Part shown: piece by piece, positions 12,001 through 19,984 of the stretch
Numbering within the stretch: the stretch's first letter is position 1
Layout of the letters: the number at the start of each line of letters is the position of its first letter
Source: Eledone cirrhosa
Lineage: Eukaryota
Length of the DNA: 64,000 nucleotides
Reading direction: 5' to 3'
NCBI GenBank assembly: GCA_964016885.1
Contig: OZ024741.1
Span: 331,638,001-331,702,000 of the forward strand
The notes under the pieces: model-generated
Told to the model about the DNA's origin: nothing
The model's database searches: none
What the model saw: only the letters and a program-made list of their open reading frames with translations
Made by a program: the position numbers and the translations under genes

Positions 12001-13134
12001 ACACCAGTAACAACAACACCAGCAGCAACAATAATAACACCATCAGCAACACCAGTAACAACAACACCAGCATCAACAATAATAACACCAACAGCAACAC
12101 CAGTAACAACAACACCAGCAGCAACAATAATAACACCATCAGCAACACCAGTAACAACAACACCAGCATCAACAATAATAACACCAACAGCAACACCAGT
12201 AACAACAACACCAGCAGCAACAATAATAACACCATCAGCAACACCAGTAACAACAACACCAGCATCAACAATAATAACACCAACAGCAACACCAGTAACA
12301 ACAACACCAGCAGCAACAATAATAACACCAACAGCAACACCAGTAACAACAACACCAGCAGCAACAATAATAACACCATCAGCAACACCAGTAACAACAA
12401 CACCAGCATCAACAATAATAACACCAACAGCAACACCAGTAACAACAACACCAGCAGCAACAATAATAACACCAACAACAACACCAGTAACAACAACACC
12501 AGCAACAACAATAATAACACCAACAGCAACACCAGTAACAACAACACCAGCAGCAACAATAATAACACCAACAACAACACCAGTAACAACAACACCAGCA
12601 GCAACAATAATAACACCAACAGCAACACCAGTAACAACAACACCAGCAGCAACAATAATAACACCAACAGCAACACCAGTAACAACAACACCAGCAACAA
12701 CAATAATAACACCAACAGCAACACCAGTAACAACAACACCAGCAGCAACAATAATAACACCAACAGCAACACCAGTAACAACAACACCAGCAGCAACAAT
12801 AATAACACCAACAGCAACACCAGTAACAACAACACCAGCAGCAACAATAATAACACCAACAGCAACACCAGTAACAACAACACCAGCAACAACAATAATA
12901 ACACCAACAGCAACACCAGTAACAACAACACCAGCAGCAACAATAATAACACCAACAGCAACACCAGTAACAACAACGACAGCAGCAACAATAATAACAC
13001 CAACAGCAGCACAAGTAACAACAATTACAGCAGCAGCAGCAACACGAATAGCACCACCAACAACGGCAGCAGCAACAATAATAACACCAACAGCAGCACA
13101 AGTAACAACAATTACAGCAGCAGCAGCAACATGA
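1..13134 (+). CDS. Possible mucin-like Thr/Pro-rich repeat exon (ITPTATPVTTTPAATI)n, 5'-incomplete; coding status unproven
   Basis: Frame +1 shows no stop until TGA 13132-13134 and has no start in the window. Other frames are also largely open, so openness alone is weak evidence. Confidence 0.3.
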   Translation: MTPTATPVTTTPAATIITPTTTPVTTTPVTTIITPTATPVTTTPVTTTPVTTTPVTTIITPTATPVTTTPTTTPVTTTPAATIITPTATPVTTTPVTTTPAATIITSTATPVTTTPVTTTPAATIITPTATPVTTTPAATIITPTATPVTTTPVTTTPVTTIITPTATPVTTTPAATIITPTATPVTTTPAATIITPTATPVTTTPVTTTPVTTIITPTATPVTTTPAATIITPTATTVTTTPVTTTPVTTIITPTATPVTTTPAATIITSTATPVTTTPVTTTPVTTTPVTTIITPTATPVTTTTAATIITSTATPVTTTPVTTIITPTATPVTTTPTTTPVTTTPATTIITPTATPVTTTPAATIITSTATPVTTTPVTTIITPTATPVTTTPTTTPVTTTPATTIITPTATPVTTTPTTTPVTTTPAATIITPTATPVTTTPTATPVTTTPATTIITPTATPVTTTPAATIITSTATPVTTTPVTTTPVTTIITPTATPVTTTTAATIITSTATPVTTTPVTTIITPTATPVTTTPTTTPVTTTPATTIITPTATPVTTTPAATIITSTATPVTTTPVTTIITPTATPVTTTTAATIITSTATPVTTTPVTTIITPTATPVTTTPTTTTVTTTPVTTIITPTATPVTTTPAATIITSTATPVTTTPVTTTPVTTIITPTATPVTTTTAATIITPTATPVTTTPTTTPVTTTPATTIITPTATPVTTTPAATIITPTATPVTTTPTTTPVTTTPAATIITSTATPVTTTPVTTTPVTTIITPTATPVTTTTAATIITSTATPVTTTPATTIITPTATPVTTTPAATIITPTATPVTTTPTTTPVTTTPATTIIIPTATPVTTTTAATIITSTATPVTTTPVTTIITPTATPVTTTPTTTPVTTTPAATIITPTATPVTTTPTTTPVTTTPATTIITPTATPVTTTPAATIITPTATPVTTTPAATIITSTATPVTTTPVTTIITPTATPVTTTPAATIITPTATPVTTTTAATIITPTATPVTTTTAATIITPTATPVTTTTAATIITPTATPVTTTTAATIITPTATPVTTTTAATIITSTATPVTTTPVTTIITPTATPVTTTPVTTTPAATIITSTATPVTTTPTTTPVTTTPATTIITPTATPVTTTPAATIITPTATPVTTTPVTTTPVTTIITPTATPVTTTTAATIITPTATPVTTTTAATIITPTATPVTTTPAATIITPTATPVTTTPVTTIITPTATPVTTTTAATIITPTATPVTTTPAATIITPTATPVTTTPVTTTPAATIITPTATPVTTTPTATPVTTTPAATIITPTATPVTTTPVTTIITPTATPVTTTTAATIITPTATPVTTTPTATPVTTTPAATIITPTVTPVTTTPTATPVTTTPAATIITPTATPVTTTPVTTIITPTATPVTTTTAATIITPTATPVTTTPTATPVTTTPAATIITPTVTPVTTTPTATPVTTTPAATIITPTATPVTTTPVTTIITPTATPVTTTTAATIITPTATPVTTTPTATPVTTTPAATIITPTVTPVTTTPTATPVTTTPAATIITPTATPVTTTPVTTIITPTATPVTTTTAATIITPTATPVTTTPTATPVTTTPAATIITPTVTPVTTTPTATPVTTTPAATIITPTATPVTTTPVTTIITPTATPVTTTTAATIITPTATPVTTTPTATPVTTTPAATIITPTVTPVTTTPTATPVTTTPAATIITPTATPVTTTPAATIITPTVTPVTTTPTATPVTTTPAATIITPTATPVTTTPVTTIITPTATPVTTTPAATIITPTATPVTTTPVTTIITPTATPVTTTPAATIITPTATPVTTTPAATIITPTATPVTTTPVTTIITPTATPVTTTPAATTTTPTATPVTTTTAATIITPTATPVTTTPVTTIITPTATPVTTTPAATIITPTATPVTTTPTATPVTTTTAATIITPTATPVTTTPVTTIITPTATPVTTTPAATIITPTATPVTTTPTATPVTTTTAATIITPTATPVTTTPAATIITPTATPVTTTTAATIITPTATPVTTTPAATTITPTATPVTTTPVTTIITPTATPVTTTPVTTIITPTATPVTTTPAATIITPTATPVTTTPATTIITPTATPVTTTPVTTIITPTATPVTTTPAATTTTPTATPVTTTTAATIITPTATPVTTTPVTTIITPTATPVTTTPAATTTTPTATPVTTTTAATIITPTATPVTTTPVTTIITPTTTPVTTTPAATIITPTATPVTTTPTATPVTTIITPTTTPVTTTPAATIITPTATPVTTTPTTTPVTTIITPTATPVTTTTAATIITPTATPVTTTPVTTIITPTTTPVTTTPATTIITPTATPVTTTTATTIITPTATPVTTTPTTTPVTTTTPAATIITPTATPVTTTPVTTIITPTATPVTTTPVTTIITPTATPVTTTPVTTIITPTATPVTTTTATTIITPTATPVTTTPTTTPVTTTTPAATIITPTATPVTTTTPAATIITPTATPVTTTPAATTITPTATPVTTTPATTIITPIATPVTTTPVTTIITPTATPVTTTPAATIITPTATPVTTTPAATIITPTATPVTTTPATTIITPIATPVTTTPATTIITSTATPVTTTPVTTIITPTATPVTTTPAATIITPTATPVTTTPVTTIITPTATPVTTTPATTIITPTATPVTTTPVTTIITPTATPVTTTPAATIITPTATPVTTTPVTTIITPTATPVTTTPATTIITPTATPVTTTPVTTIITPTATPVTTTPATTIITPTATPVTTTPATTIITPTATPVTTTPVTTIITPTATPVTTTPATTIITPTATPVTTTPATTIITPIATPVTTTPVTTIITPTATPVTTTPAATIITPTATPVTTTPATTIITPIATPVTTTPVTTIITPTATPVTTTPAATIITPTTTPVTTTTAATIITPTATPVTTTPVTTIITPTATPVTTTPVTTIITPTATPVTTTPAATIITPTTTPVTTTTAATIITPTATPVTTTPAATIITPTATPVTTTPAATIITPTATPVTTTPAATIITPTATPVTTTPAATIITPTATPVTTTPAATIITPTATPVTTTPVTTIITPTATPVTTTPVTTTPVTTIITPTATPVTTTPVTTIITPTATPVTTTTATTIITPTATPVTTTPTTTPVTTTTPAATIITPTATPVTTTTPAATIITPTATPVTTTPAATTITPTATPVTTTPATTIITPIATPVTTTPVTTIITPTATPVTTTPAATIITPTATPVTTTPAATIITPTATPVTTTPATTIITPIATPVTTTPATTIITSTATPVTTTPVTTIITPTATPVTTTPAATIITPTATPVTTTPVTTIITPTATPVTTTPATTIITPTATPVTTTPVTTIITPTATPVTTTPAATIITPTATPVTTTPVTTIITPTATPVTTTPATTIITPTATPVTTTPVTTIITPTATPVTTTPATTIITPTATPVTTTPATTIITPTATPVTTTPVTTIITPTATPVTTTPATTIITPTATPVTTTPATTIITPIATPVTTTPVTTIITPTATPVTTTPAATIITPTATPVTTTPATTIITPIATPVTTTPVTTIITPTATPVTTTPAATIITPTTTPVTTTTAATIITPTATPVTTTPVTTIITPTATPVTTTPVTTIITPTATPVTTTPAATIITPTTTPVTTTTAATIITPTATPVTTTPAATIITPTATPVTTTPAATIITPTATPVTTTPAATIITPTATPVTTTPAATIITPTATPVTTTPAATIITPTATPVTTTPVTTIIIPTATPVTTTPVTTIITPTATPVTTTPAATIITPTATPVTTTPVTTIITPTTTPVTTTTAATIITPTATPVTTTPAATIITPTATPVTTTPATTIITPTATPVTTTPAATIITPTATPVTTTPATTIITPTATPVTTTPAATIITPSATPVTTTPVTTIITPTATPVTTTTAATIITSTATPVTTTPAATIITPSATPVTTTPASTIITPTATPVTTTPAATIITPSATPVTTTPASTIITPTATPVTTTPAATIITPSATPVTTTPASTIITPTATPVTTTPAATIITPSATPVTTTPASTIITPTATPVTTTPAATIITPTATPVTTTPAATIITPSATPVTTTPASTIITPTATPVTTTPAATIITPTTTPVTTTPATTIITPTATPVTTTPAATIITPTTTPVTTTPAATIITPTATPVTTTPAATIITPTATPVTTTPATTIITPTATPVTTTPAATIITPTATPVTTTPAATIITPTATPVTTTPAATIITPTATPVTTTPATTIITPTATPVTTTPAATIITPTATPVTTTTAATIITPTAAQVTTITAAAATRIAPPTTAAATIITPTAAQVTTITAAAAT

Positions 13135-13280
13135 ATAGCACCACCAACAACGACAGCAGCAACACCAATAACAACACTTACAGCAGCAACAGCAGCAACA
13201 GCAGCAACAGCAATGGCAACACCAACAGCAGCAGCAACACCAGTAATAACAATTACAGCAGCAACATAAGCAGCAATAAC
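1..13280. repeat. 48-bp trinucleotide-based tandem array, truncated at window start
   Basis: Unit ATA ACA CCA ACA GCA ACA CCA GTA ACA ACA ACA CCA GCA GCA ACA ATA; length variants are multiples of 3; decays into (GCA/ACA)n at about 13140-13280. Confidence 0.97.
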
Positions 13281-13369
13281 ATATATGTAAGAATATATCT
13301 AGGATAGTTACTAGTTGTAGAAAGTAGAGTGACAGTGTTGTAACAATGTTGTTTTAGTTAATATTATAA

Positions 13370-13710
13370 TTGTTGGAAGGCAGAATCATTAGAATGTTGA
13401 ATAGAATACTTTGCTGTATTTATTTCGGCTCTCTGAGTTTAAATCCTGCCAAGGTCTACTTTGCTTTTCATCTATTCAAAGTTGATAAAAAAAGTACCAG
13501 TCTAGTACTGGGTTTGATTATTCCTCTATATCTCTTTCTCACTTCAATTCTCTCACTCTCTATCCTTCTCTGGAAGAAATCTGCTGTATACAGACCTGGA
13601 GAAGAGATGAGCTTTGCTAGGTTTAAAAAAATGTTCTAGAAACACTGTATGTCAATATAGTGCTCCTACGACTCTCAGGAGCTATGGGACCATACATGCA
13701 TGCATAATTA
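13370..13710 (+). mobile_element. Old tRNA-derived SINE, long-tail subfamily
   Basis: B-box-like GAGTTTAAATCC, central TTTGCTTTTCATC..GTTGATAAAAAAAGTACCAG domain; tail homologous to 44500-44790 (-) and 35000-35120 (-). Confidence 0.65.
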
Positions 13711-14179
13711 TTGGATTGGCAGAATTGTTAGTGTGTCGGACAAAATGTCATTATCATATTTATTCTGGCTCTTTAAGTCTTGAGTTCAAATCCTGCTGTT
13801 GTCAGCTTTTTTTTTCATTCTTCTGGGGCTCAATAAAATAAAGTATCAATCTAGTACTGGAGTTCATTTAACTCACTTTTCTTTCTCCCAAAATTGCTGA
13901 CCTTATCTAAATATGAAGTGGTAATTGTTGTTATTGTTTAGCACCAAGTCTTTCTCAATTGAGCAAGACTTATGGTCAAATGCATCCTAACCAAGATGAC
14001 CCTGTCTTTCTTTAGGCTAGCTCTTCCTTTCATAATTTCATAGAGTGTCATTAAACATTTCTGTTCACATTTTTCTTATGAAAGACGCTGCTTATGATCT
14101 TCAAATATTTTGGAAAATAAACAAGAATTTGGAGAAATTTTGTAATACAATTAACTTCCTTATTATTAAATTTGTGTAA

Positions 14180-14395
14180 TGGCAGGGGATTTTCAGTATC
14201 AGTAAAGCGTCATGCTTTGTGGCATAGAGTTACGTCCCTTTACTTTCTAAGTTAAAATCTTGCCAAGGTTAGCTTTGCATGTTATCCTTACGGGGTCGAT
14301 AAAATAAAGTACAAGTATTGCACTGGGGTTGATTTAATCTACTTTCCCCTACCCCAAAATTGTTGGCCTTGTGCTTAAATCAGAAACCATTATTA
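14180..14395 (+). mobile_element. tRNA-derived SINE (central CCTTTCATCC..GGGGTCGATAAAATAAAGTACC domain)
   Basis: Similar to the copies at 40420-41455. Confidence 0.7.
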
Positions 14396-15279
14396 AACTA
14401 GAGTTTGGAACATAACTTAACATAGGTTCTTACATAAAATTATTCTGAAAGGTTTATTAGATAAATAAAAGCCTCGTTTAAGCAAATGTTAAATGATGAT
14501 GATGAAGATGATAATGATAAACACTTTAAAATAAACAGTTTTATATTGTAGTATCTGAGGCATTTACAGATGGTTTGGTATGGAAAGGGTTAGGGTAGAT
14601 TTAGCTTCTAATAAGTCAAATAATCAATAAAGAGACTCCCTCTTTGTCGCAATGTTGTAGCTGTATTGTTCTTATATTTAGCCCTAGGTCAGCAATGTTT
14701 GAACAGATCTATTATCAAAGGCATTTTCATTATAACTACCCTGTTTTTTTTATCAAGCTGTGTATCTAAAACATCACCATCATCATCATCACCATCATCA
14801 CCATCATCACTATCATTCACATCATTACCATCATAACCACTACCACCACCACAATCACTTCTTCATCACTACTACCATCATCATCATCATCAGCATCATC
14901 ACCTTCTGTTTTCCCTGCTAGCTAGGATTAGATGGGTGCATTTTATCATGACACCAGTTCTAGGGAAGTTGTCAACTGAAGAATTCCCCTGACCCTTTCC
15001 TATCACCAACAACTTTACAGAGTGTACTGGGTGTATTTTATAGTGTCATTAATACTGGCAAGAGTTTGTTGTGCTCTTGACACAACTGCAGAGTCTTCTC
15101 ATCCTTTTTTTGGCAGGGGTGGTGGGGATTGAGGTATTTGTCATTTATCTATTCAACATAATTTATCCATCACAAAATACTCCTCTCATTATGCTGTGAG
15201 GAGTTTGTCACAGAAGTCTCTTTTGTCACTGGCTACTTGGAGCAAAATATGATCATTTTGTAAAGATAGAATATTTTAA

Positions 15280-15511
15280 CCCTTTCGTGACCATATTTCT
15301 AATGAAATACATTCTATTTCAATTAATTAATGAAGAATTTTGAAGGATTTACTAAAATTATTCATTATTTCATTACTAAGATAGTAACTTAATGTAATGT
15401 TCTTATATAAACTTATAGTAGAAGATTTTAATTTAAATTGTAAACCTTTAAAATGGGTGGCTTTATTTCATAGAATCAGAACTGGTTTTGGCCAGGTTGG
15501 TAACAAAATGG
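15280..15511. mobile_element. piggyBac-like MITE
   Basis: TTAA at both flanks (15276-15279, 15512-15515); imperfect TIRs CCCTTTCGTGACCA / TGGTAACAAAATGG; related decayed copies near 14040-14590, 43570-43860 and 50380-50595. Confidence 0.65.
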
Positions 15512-15981
15512 TTAAATAGATATACATTCTCTACTATATTTAGCGTGATTTTAAAGGGAATTTAGTTGCTCTTTCTAGCAATTTCTCGTAACCACATAGA
15601 CACTCTCTGGCTGGTTTGTCATTGTATCATTGTAAATATTGGCTGTAGATGTGATGGATTTGGTGGGTGGAGGGTGATGTTAGGAATGCTGGCATTTATG
15701 GTGTGAAAATTGTATTAGAATGGCAATATTAGAAAAGAGGTGATTTAAAAGATAGCAATTTAATTAGATGAATCAATAATTTGAATGTTTGCTATACAAT
15801 ATATTGAACATTATAATAATAACATTAGAAGATATTTATAGAAAGATGTCTGCCTCCCATGAGAGTAAGTAATTCTGACACAAACAAACAATGTCCTCCT
15901 AACAGATTCATACATCATATTCCACACACACATACCCACGTGCACGTATGTGTGTGTGTGTGTGTGTGTGTGTATATAATA

Positions 15982-16307
15982 TCGTCATCACTGTTATACG
16001 TCCATTCTTCTACGCTAGCATGGGTTGGACGGGTTGTCCTGTTGTGGGCAATGCCAGGTCAGGTGACCATCTCTTGCTCATACAGAACTGATTTTGGCTT
16101 TATTTCTACAGCTGGATGCCCTTCCTAACACCAACCTCATTTACAGTGAGTACTGGGTGATTTTTTACCGTGGCACCTACACAACCACTTTACAGTGGGA
16201 GGGTGGGGGGCATACTGTCTATATGCTTCAGCTTTGGCTTGTACCCATGGGAAGTCGGGTCTTCTGTATTTCTGCGTAACGCCAGAGGTCTCGGTCCTGT
16301 GTCATTG

Positions 16308-16309
<2 letters not shown>
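15982..16309 (-). mobile_element. RTE LINE 3' end, subfamily B-like
   Basis: Reverse complement resembles the ORF end, 3' UTR and (TGA)n tail at 21830-22205. Confidence 0.8.
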
Positions 16310-16355
<46 letters not shown>

Positions 16356-16358
<3 letters not shown>

Positions 16359-18445
16359 TCATCATCATCATCATCAACGTTTAACGTCCGTGTTCCACGC
16401 TTGCATGGGTTTGGACGGGGGTAGTCCCACTTGAGGCAAGAGTGATTGTCTTGCTCGCATAGGACTGTCTGGCAGGTTTTCTACAGTTGGATGCCCTTCC
16501 TAACACCAACCACATTTACAGTGTGGGTCTGGGAGGTTTTTACCGTGTTGCCTACACGGCCACATTACAGCGTGGACTGTGTGTTTTTTTGTCGTGACAC
16601 CTACACGATCTCATTTGTTTCGGCCTCGATGGCGCGGCACCAACATAACTTTACATAGAACGGGGTGGTGTGGATCGGGTGGGGGTGGTGGTGGTGGGAC
16701 GGGGTTTACTATATATTTAGGTAAGGCGGGTCTTCTCTGTTACTGAGTACCGCCAAAGGTCTCGGTCCAGTGACATTGTCTTGGAGAGGTGTAAGTGTGT
16801 GATGTCGGAGTTTATCAGCTCGTCCCAGGTTTTTCTAGGTCTGCCTATTCCGTGACTACCGTCTATCTTTATTGCCCTGCACTTTGTTATACAGCTATCG
16901 ACTTTCATGCGCATCACGTGTCCATACCAACGTAGCCTTCTCTCGAGTAAACAACATCTGATCCCTCTTATCTCTAATTTTTTCCTTAGTTCGTTTATGC
17001 TTTGCCGTTCACGTATATTACTGTTACACATCCAGCGGAGCATGCAAGCTTCATTCCTCTCTAGTCTGCGTATATCCTCTGCACACAATGCCCAGGTCTC
17101 ACTGCCATGCAGCATTGCTGTTCGTATGCAGGCATCGTACAACCTGCCTTTCATTTTTAGTGAGAACCCTTTAGCAGCTAATAGTGGTATAAGCTCTCTG
17201 AACTTTTTCCAACCAGTTCTGACTCTAGCTACAGTACTTTCAGAGCACCCTCCCCCACTGCTGATTTTATCGCCCAGGTAACGGAAGCTGTCCACTATTT
17301 CTATAGAACCCTCTGCGCAATTGAAGGAGCTAGTAGTTTGTGGGCACTTGCTGCTACTTATTGCACCAGAGCACCGGCCACATGTAAAATCTATGTTCTT
17401 AGTTAGCTTACCTGTGATCCCACTACATCTTTTATGCACCCATACTTTGCATTTAGGACACAAAATGGAGTTTCTACCTACGCCTTTCCTACACACCGAG
17501 CACGACCATTTCCCAGAAGGGACCGCCGCCTTGTTTTCTTTCCTACAAACTAGAACTTTGGTCTTAGCCAGGTTAATTTTAAGTCCTTTTGACTCTAGGC
17601 CGTGCTTCCATGTTTGGAATTTCTTCTCTAGCTCGGCCATTGATTCCGCTATGAGTGTCAGGTCGTCTGCGTATAGGAGTTCCCATGGGCAGCCTGTCTT
17701 GAACTCCTCTGTTATAGCCTGAAGGGCAATAATAAATAGTAGTGGACTGAGAACAGAGCCCTGATGGACGCCAACTTTTACGCTAAACTCTTCACTATAT
17801 TCGTTGTTAATTCTAACCTTGCTGACTGTTTCTTTATACATGGCTTGTATAGCCCTCACAAGCCATTCGTCAACGCCTAGTTTTCTAAGAGCCCACCAGA
17901 TAATGGAGCGGGGGACTCTGTCGAAGGCTTTCTCCAAGTCGACAAAAGCTAAGTAGAGGGGTTTACCTTTAGCTAGGTACTTCTCCTGTAGTTGTCGTAC
18001 TATGAAAAGAGCGTCTGTGGTACTTTTGCCTGACACAAACCCGAACTGCATTTCATCTAGGTCAATTCTCTCTCTGATTAGTTGCGCTATTACTTTTTCC
18101 GTGACCTTCATGACCTGGTCGATTAATTTAATGCCTCTATAGTTACTCCTATCTAGGGCGTCTCCTTTACCCTTATAACAGTTAACGATGATGCTGCTAT
18201 GCCAGTCCTTCGGAACAACCCCATTCTGTACGACTTGGTTAACTATGCGGGTGACCATGGTGTGTCCCACCGTGCCAGATGCCTTCAGCATCTCAGCAAC
18301 TATTTCCGAAGGCCCAGCCGCCTTACCAGTCTTCATGTCCTTGATTGCCTTACTTATTATACTCCCCTCGACTAACACTGCTGGTCCCTCTATTGGGTCG
18401 ATATGGGGGAGACTGCCTTTCTCCCAATTATTCTCCTCATTTAGT
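16356..18445 (-). mobile_element. 5'-truncated RTE-clade LINE, subfamily A
   Basis: RT ORF, about 350-bp 3' UTR and (TGA)n tail; flanked by TA repeats; no endonuclease domain present. Confidence 0.95.
16717..18378 (-). CDS. LINE reverse transcriptase (partial ORF) with PHD-like Cys/His insert
   Basis: Motifs YKGKGD..NYRGI, QFGF, FVDLEKAFD, GVHQGSVLSP, YADD, FRYLG, RLRWYGHVMR, GRPRKTW; uninterrupted for 553 aa. Confidence 0.9.
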   Translation of the reverse strand: MLVEGSIISKAIKDMKTGKAAGPSEIVAEMLKASGTVGHTMVTRIVNQVVQNGVVPKDWHSSIIVNCYKGKGDALDRSNYRGIKLIDQVMKVTEKVIAQLIRERIDLDEMQFGFVSGKSTTDALFIVRQLQEKYLAKGKPLYLAFVDLEKAFDRVPRSIIWWALRKLGVDEWLVRAIQAMYKETVSKVRINNEYSEEFSVKVGVHQGSVLSPLLFIIALQAITEEFKTGCPWELLYADDLTLIAESMAELEKKFQTWKHGLESKGLKINLAKTKVLVCRKENKAAVPSGKWSCSVCRKGVGRNSILCPKCKVWVHKRCSGITGKLTKNIDFTCGRCSGAISSSKCPQTTSSFNCAEGSIEIVDSFRYLGDKISSGGGCSESTVARVRTGWKKFRELIPLLAAKGFSLKMKGRLYDACIRTAMLHGSETWALCAEDIRRLERNEACMLRWMCNSNIRERQSINELRKKLEIRGIRCCLLERRLRWYGHVMRMKVDSCITKCRAIKIDGSHGIGRPRKTWDELINSDITHLHLSKTMSLDRDLWRYSVTEKTRLT

Positions 18446-18548
18446 ATATAGTTAATATATATATATAGTTAATAAATGAAACAAAACAAAGCAAAACAGA
18501 GGAAGTAAAATTATAGTTATATTAGGTTCATATATGTATGTGTGTGTG

Positions 18549-18602
<54 letters not shown>

Positions 18603-18638
18603 TGCATATGTCTGTGTATATATATATGCATATATGTA

Positions 18639-18670
<32 letters not shown>

Positions 18671-19014
18671 CGAGGGCAATCCCAAAAGTAAGGTCTCCTT
18701 TTGATATTGCAACTTTTCCGTTAAAATCCTGTGGATGGTGCTTCGGGAAACCTCAGGAACCAAAATGCAGAGAGCATCCAGAGTGATCCGCCGATCTTTA
18801 CGCATGTTTTCCTCGGAAGGAGACCTTACTTTTGGGATTGCCCTTGTATATAATAACTGCGCGAAATTCAACGGGAGCTCCATTCTCAACGGCTGCCAAG
18901 CAAAGATTGAGCATCCCAGCAAAACGCACGCATACTTGTTTGGGAGTGAAGGAAGTACCAATCACAACAGTGTTGCCAACAGCTTTGGAGACCTTACTTT
19001 TGGGATTACCCTCG
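18671..19014 (-). mobile_element. Rearranged non-autonomous mariner element with three TIR copies
   Basis: TA-CGAGGGCAATCCCAAAAGTAAGGTCTCC at about 18669-18699, with inverse copies at about 18819-18848 and 18988-19016; minus-strand peptide [29 protein letters not shown] resembles a mariner HTH. Confidence 0.85.
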
Positions 19015-19501
19015 TATATATACTCAAAGTGCCAAGCTCACACTAAAGTGGTCGTGTAGCAAAACACATCTAGTACACACTCTAAATGGTTGGTGATAGG
19101 AAGGGCATCCAGTCATAGAAACCAAGCCAAAATCAGTTCTGTATAAGCAAGGCGCAGTCATGTAACCTGGCTTGTCTCACAATGGGACAGCTCGTCTAAC
19201 CCATGCTAGCTTGGAAATGGATGTTAAATGGTGATGATGATGAGGATAATGATGATACACACTCCTTGCTAGAGGGAAAATGAATTTTAAATGATGATGA
19301 CACACACACATGTATGAATGTGTTCATTGGATTTTATTACTACAGGAGCAGGGGTGAAACATTTCAAATGAGAGCTCAATACAATACAGTAGAGAATGTA
19401 TATAGCAATGGAAAGACCACTGGAAACATTGTTTCCTTGGTCCAATTGAATAAGTTCCACCCCACTCTTGTCAACAATAATATATATATATGTGTATATA
19501 T

Positions 19502-19955
19502 ATATTGTTATACTTGGGGAGGGTCATATTGTTGTAATAATATTGCCAGAATTAATAACAGAACATATTCACTGTTTGGTTGGTTTTCACTTCTGTATCT
19601 TTTATATCAGTTAATTTATTCGGGCCTCAATGTTTACCATTGACTGACCAACAGTCAAATAATACAGATATAATATAGACACAAACACATATATGTTAGA
19701 CTATATATATGTGTTTGTGTCTATATTATATCTGTATTATTTGACCGTTGGTCAGTCAATGGTAAACATTGAGGACCGAATAAATTAACTGATATAAAAG
19801 ATACAGAAGCAAAAACCAACCAAACAGTGAATATGTTCTGTTATTAATTCTGGCAATATTATTACAACAATATGACCCTCCCAAGTATAACAATATTTGT
19901 TTTGACACACGATTTCATATCAAAAACCTCGCAAAACAAATTCATCGCCGTCATG
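19502..19955. mobile_element. Long inverted repeat with one-sided tail (Penelope-like pseudo-LTR remnant)
   Basis: Arms 19502-19694 and 19705-19896 are nearly perfectly complementary; about 55-bp extension on the right; same family as 32184-32809. Confidence 0.65.
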
Positions 19956-19984
19956 TATATATATACATATATATATATATATAA

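Noticed and set aside
12409-13101. Cys/Trp/Tyr-rich 230-aa ORF
   Set aside because: Antisense reading of the tandem array; ends at a TCA variant
16907-18451. Plus-strand ORFs overlapping the LINE (and equivalents at 21, 34 and 37 kb)
   Set aside because: Antisense shadows of the RT ORF
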